A DNA stretch of 64,000 bases from a virus. Taxonomy: Duplodnaviria; Heunggongvirae; Uroviricota; Caudoviricetes. Each line of letters opens with the position of its first letter. Positions within the stretch are counted from its first letter, which is position 1. The DNA is taken from positions 37,662-101,661 of IMG/VR virus record IMGVR_UViG_3300012943_000386, one strand, 5' to 3'. The position numbers and the translations under genes are program-made. This document shows positions 8,443 to 15,768 of this stretch, piece by piece. The notes under the pieces were generated by a model. That model made no database searches and had not been told where the DNA came from. It saw nothing but the letters and a program-made list of their open reading frames with translations.

Positions 8443-8945
8443 GGCGTGAGCTCCGTATACGAGTTCAGCCAGATCTTACGACGAACTACCCACACGTCTG
8501 AGTTGTCCTCGCGATTGCGGGCGATGAAGTCACCAGGCTCGTATTCTTGAAGGTTCTGAATGTTGTCAACGGTTTCGCCCCACTTGCCGACAATGTATGA
8601 CGGGAGCATGGAGGCGCTGAGAGGAACCTCGTAGAACTCGACGCTGTTCTCAGCCTTCGGCTCGCACACCATCCAGCCATCCTTGTCAATGTCGATGACG
8701 TTGTACTTCTTGAGCAGCGTCTTTGGTGCCTGCTGCCAGGCGTCGTTGCCCTCACCAATGCAGAACATTGTGTTCTCGCCAATTGGCTCCTTGGCCTCAA
8801 GCGTGTCAATGAGGAACTTCGACATGACGGATCGATCAACAAGCAAGTTGATCATGGCCTTGGCACGAAGGCCCTTCGTCTTCTTGGCGACGCGCCATGC
8901 GTCAATGCTCTTAACGTCGAAGATGAAGAACTTTGCCTGGATCAT
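8439..8945 (-). CDS. hypothetical protein (~168 aa)
   Basis: ORF track 8439..9011. Start moved to internal Met (MIQAKFF) that abuts the upstream stop at 8942. Confidence 0.45.
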   Translation of the reverse strand: MIQAKFFIFDVKSIDAWRVAKKTKGLRAKAMINLLVDRSVMSKFLIDTLEAKEPIGENTMFCIGEGNDAWQQAPKTLLKKYNVIDIDKDGWMVCEPKAENSVEFYEVPLSASMLPSYIVGKWGETVDNIQNLQEYEPGDFIARNREDNSDVWVVRRKIWLNSYTELTP

Positions 8946-9343
8946 ACGCTGAGCCAGTTGTTGATGAACGCGAATGGGGAGTTGATGAACGGGATCGTCA
9001 ACACCAAGCACGTCATGTGAACGGCCTGATCAATGCCGATGACAGCAAAGAACCAGTGACGCTCATTCTTCTTCCACAGGTACGATGTTGCCCTAGATGA
9101 GAAGAAGTCGGTTGCCCAGTGGAGGGCGGCGTTGAGCAGCGCAAACTGCCAGCCGAGAAGAACTAGGAATGGAACGGTGTAAACGCTAACATGAATGCTT
9201 AGCCACTTCGCTGAGCCGCTCTTGCTCGTTGCCATCTTGTCCGTCTGGAGGAAGAAGTCATCAAAGAGGTGAAGCCATATCAAGACGATGAGCGTCTTGA
9301 TAACATTGAAGCCAGCATCTGCAGTCACAACGATCGTGTCCAT
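8942..9343 (-). CDS. small integral membrane protein (3-4 TM)
   Basis: Hydrophobic segments throughout; 133 aa. Confidence 0.5.
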   Translation of the reverse strand: MDTIVVTADAGFNVIKTLIVLIWLHLFDDFFLQTDKMATSKSGSAKWLSIHVSVYTVPFLVLLGWQFALLNAALHWATDFFSSRATSYLWKKNERHWFFAVIGIDQAVHMTCLVLTIPFINSPFAFINNWLSV

Positions 9344-9361
9344 GAAAGATCTCCTCAGTCA

Positions 9362-9685
9362 TCAATAGTTGTAGTCGTACGCCACCGTCTCATCGTCAGC
9401 GAGGGCGATGACCCATTCGTCATCTGATTTCCAAACCTTGACGCCGTCGTGCGTGAAGCCAACGGTCCACTTGCCAGGCTGGATAAGAACGATGCTGCCG
9501 TTCTTGAAGTCCTTCACGTCGTTGCCGACGGCCAAAACTTTGGCCCAGCGGGCATAGGTGCCCTGCTTATCAGTTTCCGGACGGGTGAGAAGAATGCGGC
9601 CCTTGTTCTTCTGAAGGAATTGACCCTCAGTGGTCTCATTGATAAACGCGAACAAAAAGGCATTACCAAGCGGTCTGATCGCCAT
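9362..9685 (-). CDS. groES: co-chaperonin GroES (Cpn10) homolog
   Basis: MAIRPLGN...LLTRPETDKQGTYARWAKVLAVGNDV...IVLIQPGKW...DDEWVIALADD parallels GroES MNIRPLHDRV...GGIVL...GEVLAVGNG...VLIMSESDILAIV. A late-promoter motif lies upstream. Confidence 0.7.
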   Translation of the reverse strand: MAIRPLGNAFLFAFINETTEGQFLQKNKGRILLTRPETDKQGTYARWAKVLAVGNDVKDFKNGSIVLIQPGKWTVGFTHDGVKVWKSDDEWVIALADDETVAYDYNY

Positions 9686-9717
9686 GTGTCGGATCTCCTA
9701 AGTTGTCTCTGTATCGC

Positions 9718-9972
9718 TTACTTGGCGGCCTGTGCTGAAGCATCGGCGGCTTCAGCTGCGACTGCCAATGGTGAACCTTCATCAGCGGCAACCTTCTTTG
9801 CAGGTGCTACGATGAAATTCTCCTTCGTCTTGATGCCATCCTTTTCGTCGATGAACTTGCGGCGCTGGTTAACGCTCACAGGCACTGGCGTGGTGGCAAG
9901 CTGTTGCTTGATTGCAAGCATGTCGAAGTCAACGACTTCTTGGCGGGCAGACGTTACGATTTTACGTGGCAT
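9718..9972 (-). CDS. hypothetical protein (84 aa)
   Basis: ATG at 9970-9972, GGAG RBS. GATAAATAC late-type motif ~50 nt upstream. Confidence 0.45.
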   Translation of the reverse strand: MPRKIVTSARQEVVDFDMLAIKQQLATTPVPVSVNQRRKFIDEKDGIKTKENFIVAPAKKVAADEGSPLAVAAEAADASAQAAK

Positions 9973-10019
9973 TAGGGAGCTCCAGAAGAGAATATCGGAT
10001 GTGATAGCTCTGTAGTGTG

Positions 10020-10028
10020 GTATTTATC
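10020..10028 (-). promoter_or_regulatory. T4-type late promoter motif GATAAATAC
   Basis: Plus gtatttatc; ~50 nt upstream of ATG 9972 (hypothetical protein, then GroES). Confidence 0.4.
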
Positions 10029-10049
10029 TTGCCCCGCCCAAAAACAGGT

Positions 10050-10316
10050 TCACGCTATGACCTTGATTTTGGCACCTTCTGGCGGTACCCAATCATCAGG
10101 TTGAGGAAACCTTGAGGTGAAGGTGTATTCTTCACGCTCCTCGCTGTCAAGGTCCTCTGCCTCAGGCCAGAACTGAAGGATCTGATCCTCATTGTCTGCA
10201 TACGCAACGACAACGCTGAACCCATCACCACCACCGGTGCACCACCATGGATGTGGGTATGGAACCTTGATTGGACGGCAATCGTCCTCATTTGCTTTGA
10301 AGCGACAGCGGATCAT
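10050..10316 (-). CDS. hypothetical protein (88 aa)
   Basis: ORF track; acidic. Confidence 0.45.
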   Translation of the reverse strand: MIRCRFKANEDDCRPIKVPYPHPWWCTGGGDGFSVVVAYADNEDQILQFWPEAEDLDSEEREEYTFTSRFPQPDDWVPPEGAKIKVIA

Positions 10317-10534
10317 TCTAGCTCCTTGTCAAGAAAATCAATTGCGAGTAGTCGTTGTGAAAGTTCAGCCTTCAACTGCTCAAGCTGCCATTCACCCCAC
10401 GGTGTAAAGAACCCATCGTAATCATCGCCTTTTGACGCTTCGATTGTCTCAGTAAGCAGGTCATTATTTGAAAGACCCCAAATGCGGTTTTGCTCACGCT
10501 CTGCATTAAGCTTTGACGGCTTTTTCTTTTTAGT
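10313..10534 (-). CDS. hypothetical protein (~73 aa)
   Basis: ORF track 10313..10639 trimmed to MTKKKKPSK. Its ATG overlaps the stop of the DnaE-like N fragment (ATGACTAA). Confidence 0.45.
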   Translation of the reverse strand, partial: TKKKKPSKLNAEREQNRIWGLSNNDLLTETIEASKGDDYDGFFTPWGEWQLEQLKAELSQRLLAIDFLDKELE

Positions 10535-11069
10535 CATGAAAGAATTCTTCCATTGCAATGCCATACTTGATCGGATCGACCTTGTGCAGACCGATAATGA
10601 ACAACACCAACGACGCGCACGAAGAACCACGGCCAACACCCCATACTGTCTTCGTCTCTTTTAGGGTGTCGATGACATAGATGAGCGTTTTCACCAACGG
10701 ATCCATGCCGCGAATTTGAATTTCTTCAAGCTCAACCTTCACTCGCTGCGCGTACTTTGCTGTTGTCTCGTAATCCCAGCGCTGCGCTAATGCCATTGTT
10801 CCAACGGCGTCGAGGACGTAGTTGGCAAGGTCAATATCTTGGTAGCTTTTCGGAACCTTCCACGCCATGTTGAGTGGACGGTTCTTGTCCTTACCTACCG
10901 TAAGCTGCTCCTCAGAAAACTGGTTGAACTGTCTCGTATCCTCACTCTCCTCATTGAGGGCGATGAGCTCTGGAGGGATACCGCCCAGGAAAAGACTTGG
11001 GACCAGCGCAGGATTTACCTGGCTGGTCCCATCGAACCACAGCGTTCTGTCGTTGAGCTCGGTCTTCAC
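10530..11069 (-). CDS. DnaE/PolIII-alpha-like palm domain, N-terminal half
   Basis: C-terminus VWGVGRGSSCASLVLFIIGLHKVDPIKYGIAMEEFFHD matches DnaE [34 protein letters not shown]. Ends exactly where PDIDIDF begins in the other fragment. GTG start at 11067-11069 coupled to the upstream stop. Confidence 0.7.
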   Translation of the reverse strand: MKTELNDRTLWFDGTSQVNPALVPSLFLGGIPPELIALNEESEDTRQFNQFSEEQLTVGKDKNRPLNMAWKVPKSYQDIDLANYVLDAVGTMALAQRWDYETTAKYAQRVKVELEEIQIRGMDPLVKTLIYVIDTLKETKTVWGVGRGSSCASLVLFIIGLHKVDPIKYGIAMEEFFHD

Positions 11070-11071
11070 GC

Positions 11072-11674
11072 TTAGAAGATCGTGGCGAGCCCGATCCAGG
11101 AGCCGATGATCAACACGACGGCGGCGATGATCAGGCGAGTGATCTTCCAGTCGTCGCTCTCTTCATATGACTTGAGCGCGCGGCGCTGCCACAGTCCCCA
11201 AAGGAACGGCTTGGTCTCATACTCAACGCGGCTCGCGAAGCGGGCACGGAAGAGCAGGTAGCCGGCAAGCATGTACACGAAGAGCAGGATACTGCAGCCG
11301 ACAACTACGCCGAGGATTTCCTGGCCGATCAGCTTGTAGACGACCACGCCGACGGTGACTTTGCCCAGCGGAGTTTCAGCGAACTCGTTGGCGGCAACGC
11401 CGATTTCCTTGGCAGCACCTACTACGGCGCGGCCCATGTTGGTTCCCATCTCACCCCATGCAGCCGCTTCAGTTCGCACTGTCTCGGAGATGTTGGCGGC
11501 AGGAACACCTTCAACGATGCCCTTGGCCTTGTCGGCCTTCATCTTGGCGATCTGAAGATTGATCTCTGCCTGCTGTGCGTCATTGAGCCCGCGGGTGTCG
11601 GCCGACTGTGCAAGCACGCCGGAAGTGAACAGCAACGCACATGTCGCTGCAAGTGCAATCATCGTCTTCTTCAT
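11072..11674 (-). CDS. secreted / membrane-anchored protein (signal peptide, C-terminal TM)
   Basis: MKKTMIALAATCALLFTSGVLAQS signal. Hydrophobic C-terminal segments. Confidence 0.5.
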   Translation of the reverse strand: MKKTMIALAATCALLFTSGVLAQSADTRGLNDAQQAEINLQIAKMKADKAKGIVEGVPAANISETVRTEAAAWGEMGTNMGRAVVGAAKEIGVAANEFAETPLGKVTVGVVVYKLIGQEILGVVVGCSILLFVYMLAGYLLFRARFASRVEYETKPFLWGLWQRRALKSYEESDDWKITRLIIAAVVLIIGSWIGLATIF

Positions 11675-11979
11675 GATTTCATCTCCTCTTGATGGATTTT
11701 CCAAACTATCTTCTCGATCTTTTTGACCGCCTCGAGCACCTTGATCTGCTCGGCAGATGGACTTTCAATGGCGACCGTCTCTTCTTCCCAGCGGTGCGAG
11801 CCATAGTACTCGACGGTCTCGCAGATCTTGCCATCCTTGACGTAGGCATCACTTGGGATACCGTGCTTGTCGAGAATTTCGCGCCTTACGGCTCCCCAGG
11901 CGGCGTCGAGAGATATGTCTATCTCGACGCTGCGGCTGATTTCTTCTGTTCCTTCAACCTTCACTTGATTGCCTCGCAC
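11671..11979 (-). CDS. hypothetical protein (102 aa)
   Basis: ORF track. Confidence 0.45.
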   Translation of the reverse strand: MRGNQVKVEGTEEISRSVEIDISLDAAWGAVRREILDKHGIPSDAYVKDGKICETVEYYGSHRWEEETVAIESPSAEQIKVLEAVKKIEKIVWKIHQEEMKS

Positions 11980-12521
11980 GTGAAATGATCCACTGGAACA
12001 CCGCGTAAGCGGAGAAACTGAATGCCCGCGTCATCGCGGTAGAGCTCATCGAACACGACGCGCTTGATGCCGCTCTGCCACATCAGCTTGGCGCACTCAA
12101 TGCACGGAGACATGGTGATGTAGACCGTGGCGCCGAAACACCCTTCACCACCATTCTTAGCAAGTTTGGCGATAGCGTTGCTCTCAGCGTGCAGAACCTC
12201 TGGCTTGGTGCGGAGAGTTGGTGGGATGTCGGTTAGCGAGAAGCCTTGCGGTTCTTGGTGCCAATACTCGCAGACGTCGTCCTTCTCGCCAGCCGGCATT
12301 CCGTTGTAGCCGTCTGAGATGATCTGATCACCCTTGACGATCAACGCTCCAACCTGCTTGCGATTGGCCTTTGAGCGCCGTGCCCACACGTAGGCCATGT
12401 TGATGTAGGCCTCGTCAAGCGAGAGACGATTTGGGTTGACGGTGAGTTCTTGGTTAGTGGATCGTGCTATCATCATCCAAGCCAGTGTCAGGAGTTCGGT
12501 TGAGGGCAAATTCTTCTTCAA
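11961..12521 (-). CDS. dCMP deaminase (cytidine/deoxycytidylate deaminase zinc-binding family)
   Basis: GALIVKGDQIISDGYNG, HAESNAI (HAE zinc ligand), SPCIECAKL (PCxxC). Confidence 0.85.
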   Translation of the reverse strand: MKKNLPSTELLTLAWMMIARSTNQELTVNPNRLSLDEAYINMAYVWARRSKANRKQVGALIVKGDQIISDGYNGMPAGEKDDVCEYWHQEPQGFSLTDIPPTLRTKPEVLHAESNAIAKLAKNGGEGCFGATVYITMSPCIECAKLMWQSGIKRVVFDELYRDDAGIQFLRLRGVPVDHFTCEAIK

Positions 12522-12783
12522 CGTCGAAGATCACCTCGGCGAGAAGCGCGAAAAACCCAAGGTTGCCAGCATCGATCTGCGAGACAAGCTCATGGTAGAG
12601 CCCGTCAGAAAGAAGGCCGTTGAGGCCAGCAACGTTCGTGTATGTTTGAAGGCCAAGGTCAGTGCGCTTCATGACCATGCAGACAACGGCATAGTCGGGG
12701 TCCTTCGTGAGTTCGGCGATCTTCGCCTGAACATCATCAGCGAACTGCACTAACTTTGGGTCTGTATCGTCAGGTTTATCCAT
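12454..12783 (-). CDS. hypothetical acidic protein (109 aa)
   Basis: ATG 12781-12783. Palindrome TATCAC-N11-GTGATA immediately upstream. Confidence 0.45.
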   Translation of the reverse strand: MDKPDDTDPKLVQFADDVQAKIAELTKDPDYAVVCMVMKRTDLGLQTYTNVAGLNGLLSDGLYHELVSQIDAGNLGFFALLAEVIFDVEEEFALNRTPDTGLDDDSTIH

Positions 12784-12793
12784 ACCAGCATTG

Positions 12794-12816
12794 TATCACG
12801 CGCGAGGCTGGTGATA
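12794..12816 (-). promoter_or_regulatory. operator-like palindrome TATCAC-N11-GTGATA
   Basis: In the 35-nt spacer immediately upstream of ATG 12783. Confidence 0.25.
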
Positions 12817-12818
12817 AA

Positions 12819-13208
12819 CTATGCAGGTTTGACATGCACCTTGATTGGTTGCGTCTCGATGCGGTAGAACCTGCCGTCTGCGCAAAGGGCTGGACCAATA
12901 CGCCCGAAGACGTCTTCGGCCTTGACATAATATCGTTCCTTGAAGAACACGCTTTTGTCAGCTGGAACTTTTGCTTGGATAAGGCGTCGACCGTTCACCC
13001 GCCGGGCCTTCGCCCAACCAAGCACGTTCAGCTTGCTGTCGTTGACCAGCGCAATTGCGTGATCCTCGTCAACAGCGAGGACAGGAACCTTAAGTGAGCG
13101 ATAGTCATACCATTTGCCAGCATAGACGTTTGCTGGAACGTGAACATAGAACAGGTTGTAGACCCTGCTCTTGATCGCCTCTTTGATCGTGTCAATGATG
13201 TTTTCCAC
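12819..13208 (-). CDS. hypothetical protein (129 aa)
   Basis: ORF track. Confidence 0.5.
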   Translation of the reverse strand: MENIIDTIKEAIKSRVYNLFYVHVPANVYAGKWYDYRSLKVPVLAVDEDHAIALVNDSKLNVLGWAKARRVNGRRLIQAKVPADKSVFFKERYYVKAEDVFGRIGPALCADGRFYRIETQPIKVHVKPA

Positions 13209-13218
13209 GTTTTTCTCC

Positions 13219-14901
13219 TTAGACCCTGATGGTCATCTTCATGGTGTCGAGGTGAATTCCGACCCTGTCGGTTTCCCTGAACTTCGCGAGCGCCTTTGGG
13301 ATCATCAGCACCGTGCAGTTCTGTTCGCGTCCTACTACCGCCAGGTGGGCGAGCTGCCCGCCGGTCTGGCAGATGAGGAGACCGCGGTCACCTCGCTCGT
13401 CCTCGCGGTTGGCGCTGATCATCGCGAGGTAGTACTTTGGTCCGGCGTTCGGCGCGATGGCGATGCTGCCCGGCGGAACTTCTTGATCTGGCTTGGCGAA
13501 CACGACGCTGCCGTACGCGTACGTTGTGTCGCCTTTCGCGAGGATGGAGAACTCAACACCTGTCCACTCTTCCACAAGATCGTGCTTGGCGCTGAATGAA
13601 GCATCGCGCACGCGCTCAGCCAGCGGGATGGCTTTCTTGTCCTCGGCATCAAAGTCGCGACCATACGTTTCACTCAGCGGGATGCCGGCACCGAGCATCC
13701 AGTCGGTGTGGTATGGATCGTCCATCGGCAGCTTCCAGCCGGAACCAGCGACGCATGGCCACTCGGGCTGAACCTTGCCGAAGTCTGCAAAGCGAAACCC
13801 GCGGAGCGCCCAGTTGATGAAGGCGTTCTTCGGCACCTTGATGAACGGTGGATCGTAGTCTGGGCAGTCCTCGTCGGTAAGCTTGAGCTCGTACCAACCG
13901 CCGATCACGTCGGCTTGGGCGCGAACGCGGTTAGCGTACATCTCTTCGATGTTCGTGCGAGCCTTCTTGAAGGCTTCCTCTCTCATGTCCCATACATCGT
14001 GTGGGACCGCATTCGTCTGCTCACGGGATTTGGTGAGGTGTGAGAAGGCATCCTCGTACTTCACCTCGACGGCGCGGATGGCAGCTGTATCTGCGGCCGC
14101 ATTGATGTCGATGATAAACTGCTGCGTCAGCTCACGTGACCTGGTGGCGATCTCGCGCTGCGTAAGCTCAACATCATCGGCACCTTCGTATTCCTTGGGA
14201 ACCGGTTTGGTACGTGATGGCTTGCGGTTGCTGATCGGCTCAAACACTGGCTCGACGTCGGCAGATCCGCGCTCAGAAAGGCTTAGCTTCTTGGCCTTGA
14301 TGAGGGCGTTGAGGTGCGCCACTGGGTCGTTCATCGGAACGTCAATCCAGATTGGCGGCATCGGTGCCTTCGCGCACAGCACGTCGGAGATTTCCTCAGG
14401 GCTGTTGTTGAGGCAGACAAGCATGTCGCTGCCATGGTTGTCAGCGTAGAAGAGGCTGCGCAGCGCGCCATTGGCGAAGCGGCTGTTGGAGCGAATGTCA
14501 CCGTTGATGATCAGGTACGGTCCCTGGTAGGAGCGCGCGAAGTCCATGTCCTCCTTGCACCAGCCCTGCACTGAAGCGTATGGCTTCCAGTAGTGATCCT
14601 TGTACTTGAAGGTGGTGCCATACGTGTAGTCGAGCTGCTTCTTCATGTCCTTGGCAACCTTACCTTTCGGTGAGAGCGTCTCCCAGCTGAGGGTGCTGTT
14701 CGGGTTACCAATCTCGGCATTGCCGACGAAGTTGGCCTCGCCCTTCAACAGCTGGATTGCCTGCTCATACGTGACGCCAGTGTCGTCGACGAGCATCTTG
14801 ATTGCTCGCTCCCACTTACCCTCGATGACCATCGTGCGGGCGAAGTCAGAGAGAAACCCACCGTCAATCGTAAAATACACGCGCTTGGCTTCAGCGTTCA
14901 T
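13219..14901 (-). CDS. large protein with C-terminal PEP-utilising-enzyme mobile (phosphohistidine swivel) domain
   Basis: C-terminus GSVVFAKPD...PGSIAIAPNAGPKYY...GLLICQTGGQLAHLAVVGREQNCTVLM...GIHLDT matches the swivel domain of PEP synthase/PPDK/rifampin phosphotransferase, including the His in the GGxxSHxAIVAREL position. N-terminal 450 aa unassigned. Confidence 0.7.
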   Translation of the reverse strand: MNAEAKRVYFTIDGGFLSDFARTMVIEGKWERAIKMLVDDTGVTYEQAIQLLKGEANFVGNAEIGNPNSTLSWETLSPKGKVAKDMKKQLDYTYGTTFKYKDHYWKPYASVQGWCKEDMDFARSYQGPYLIINGDIRSNSRFANGALRSLFYADNHGSDMLVCLNNSPEEISDVLCAKAPMPPIWIDVPMNDPVAHLNALIKAKKLSLSERGSADVEPVFEPISNRKPSRTKPVPKEYEGADDVELTQREIATRSRELTQQFIIDINAAADTAAIRAVEVKYEDAFSHLTKSREQTNAVPHDVWDMREEAFKKARTNIEEMYANRVRAQADVIGGWYELKLTDEDCPDYDPPFIKVPKNAFINWALRGFRFADFGKVQPEWPCVAGSGWKLPMDDPYHTDWMLGAGIPLSETYGRDFDAEDKKAIPLAERVRDASFSAKHDLVEEWTGVEFSILAKGDTTYAYGSVVFAKPDQEVPPGSIAIAPNAGPKYYLAMISANREDERGDRGLLICQTGGQLAHLAVVGREQNCTVLMIPKALAKFRETDRVGIHLDTMKMTIRV

Positions 14902-15085
14902 AGACCACCTTTCCGTTGATAAGCTGTGCAGGACTGGAGCGCCAAAGCTGGTTCACCCAGCCATGCTGCCCATGGAATTTCGCCGTTGGGAACTTGCGCT
15001 CAGGATCGTAGCCATCCTCGATGTGGTTGTGTTCCCACTCGATGGTGTCGCCCTTCTTGAAGCCAACTTCCCAGACCGTAATCAT
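14891..15085 (-). CDS. hypothetical protein (64 aa)
   Basis: ORF track. Confidence 0.4.
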   Translation of the reverse strand: MITVWEVGFKKGDTIEWEHNHIEDGYDPERKFPTAKFHGQHGWVNQLWRSSPAQLINGKVVYER

Positions 15086-15345
15086 CAGTGCGTTCCTTCT
15101 TCAAGACCGATGTGCATGTGACGGATCATCTCGCGCGCCGCCTCAGTAGAGCACTCACAGTTGCGGAGGTGACTGCCGATCTGGTACCACTGGTACTCAG
15201 GGCCAAAGCCTCCGAACGTCTTTCCAATCTCGGCCACCTTGACGAAGAACTTGGCCTGCTCGTCGTCATTGAGGTGGGCGAACGCCTTGGCCATGACGTC
15301 AAGGTCCATCTCGATCTCCGTCTCGGTTGTGATCTTGACCTTCAC
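15085..15345 (-). CDS. hypothetical protein (86 aa)
   Basis: GTG start overlapping upstream TGA. Confidence 0.4.
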   Translation of the reverse strand: MKVKITTETEIEMDLDVMAKAFAHLNDDEQAKFFVKVAEIGKTFGGFGPEYQWYQIGSHLRNCECSTEAAREMIRHMHIGLEEGTH

Positions 15346-15508
15346 GCATTCCTCGTGTTGATGATGATCGTGTCGAGCGACGCTTCATCAGTCTTGACGA
15401 CTGCGGTTCCACGGGCCATCATGGCCTGAACCATGGCCCGTTCATCTTCAGACAGATCATCGAGACCGATCTCTTGAACCTCAATGCCTTCGGCTGCGCG
15501 GTGCCTCA
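15342..15508 (-). CDS. hypothetical small protein (54 aa)
   Basis: ATG overlaps upstream stop. MRHRAAEGIEVQEIGLDDLSEDERAMVQAMMARGTAVVKTDEASLDTIIINTRNA. Below ORF-track cutoff. Confidence 0.25.
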
Positions 15509-15760
15509 TGCGTCTTCTCCAAGAGTTCCTTCAGCCCGGCGGCGGAGGCCAGGCTCCTGGTCGAGGAAGCGTTCGACGTCCTCTGCCGATGGAGCTTCAT
15601 TGGCTATCAGAGCATCGATGCCGTTCTCGATGATCTTGGCTGTGAGCTTGGCAGCGAGGATCTGCTTTTTCAGGTATTCCTCGGTGGCATTCGGCTCGAG
15701 ATCATTGAAGGATGACAGTGCACCCTTCAGTTCCAACAGCTTCTCACGTCGCGATTTCAT
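15506..15760 (-). CDS. hypothetical coiled-coil protein (~84 aa)
   Basis: ORF track 15506..15928 trimmed to internal Met (MKSRREK) that abuts the helicase stop. Confidence 0.4.
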   Translation of the reverse strand: MKSRREKLLELKGALSSFNDLEPNATEEYLKKQILAAKLTAKIIENGIDALIANEAPSAEDVERFLDQEPGLRRRAEGTLGEDA

Positions 15761-15768
15761 CTGGTTCC

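Noticed and set aside
9972-10050. G-rich run (gccccgccc) as a terminator downstream of gene 10050..10316
   Set aside because: No complementary arm to form a stem and no U-tract.
10530-11069. Split-intein explanation for the two DnaE-like halves
   Set aside because: The N fragment ends directly in extein-like sequence (EEFFHD-stop) with no Cys/Ser-led intein block. The C fragment starts directly in the DIDID motif with no C-intein or terminal Asn.
12826-12850. Plus-strand TTGACA that looks like a -35
   Set aside because: No acceptable -10 at 16-19 nt, and no plus-strand gene downstream.
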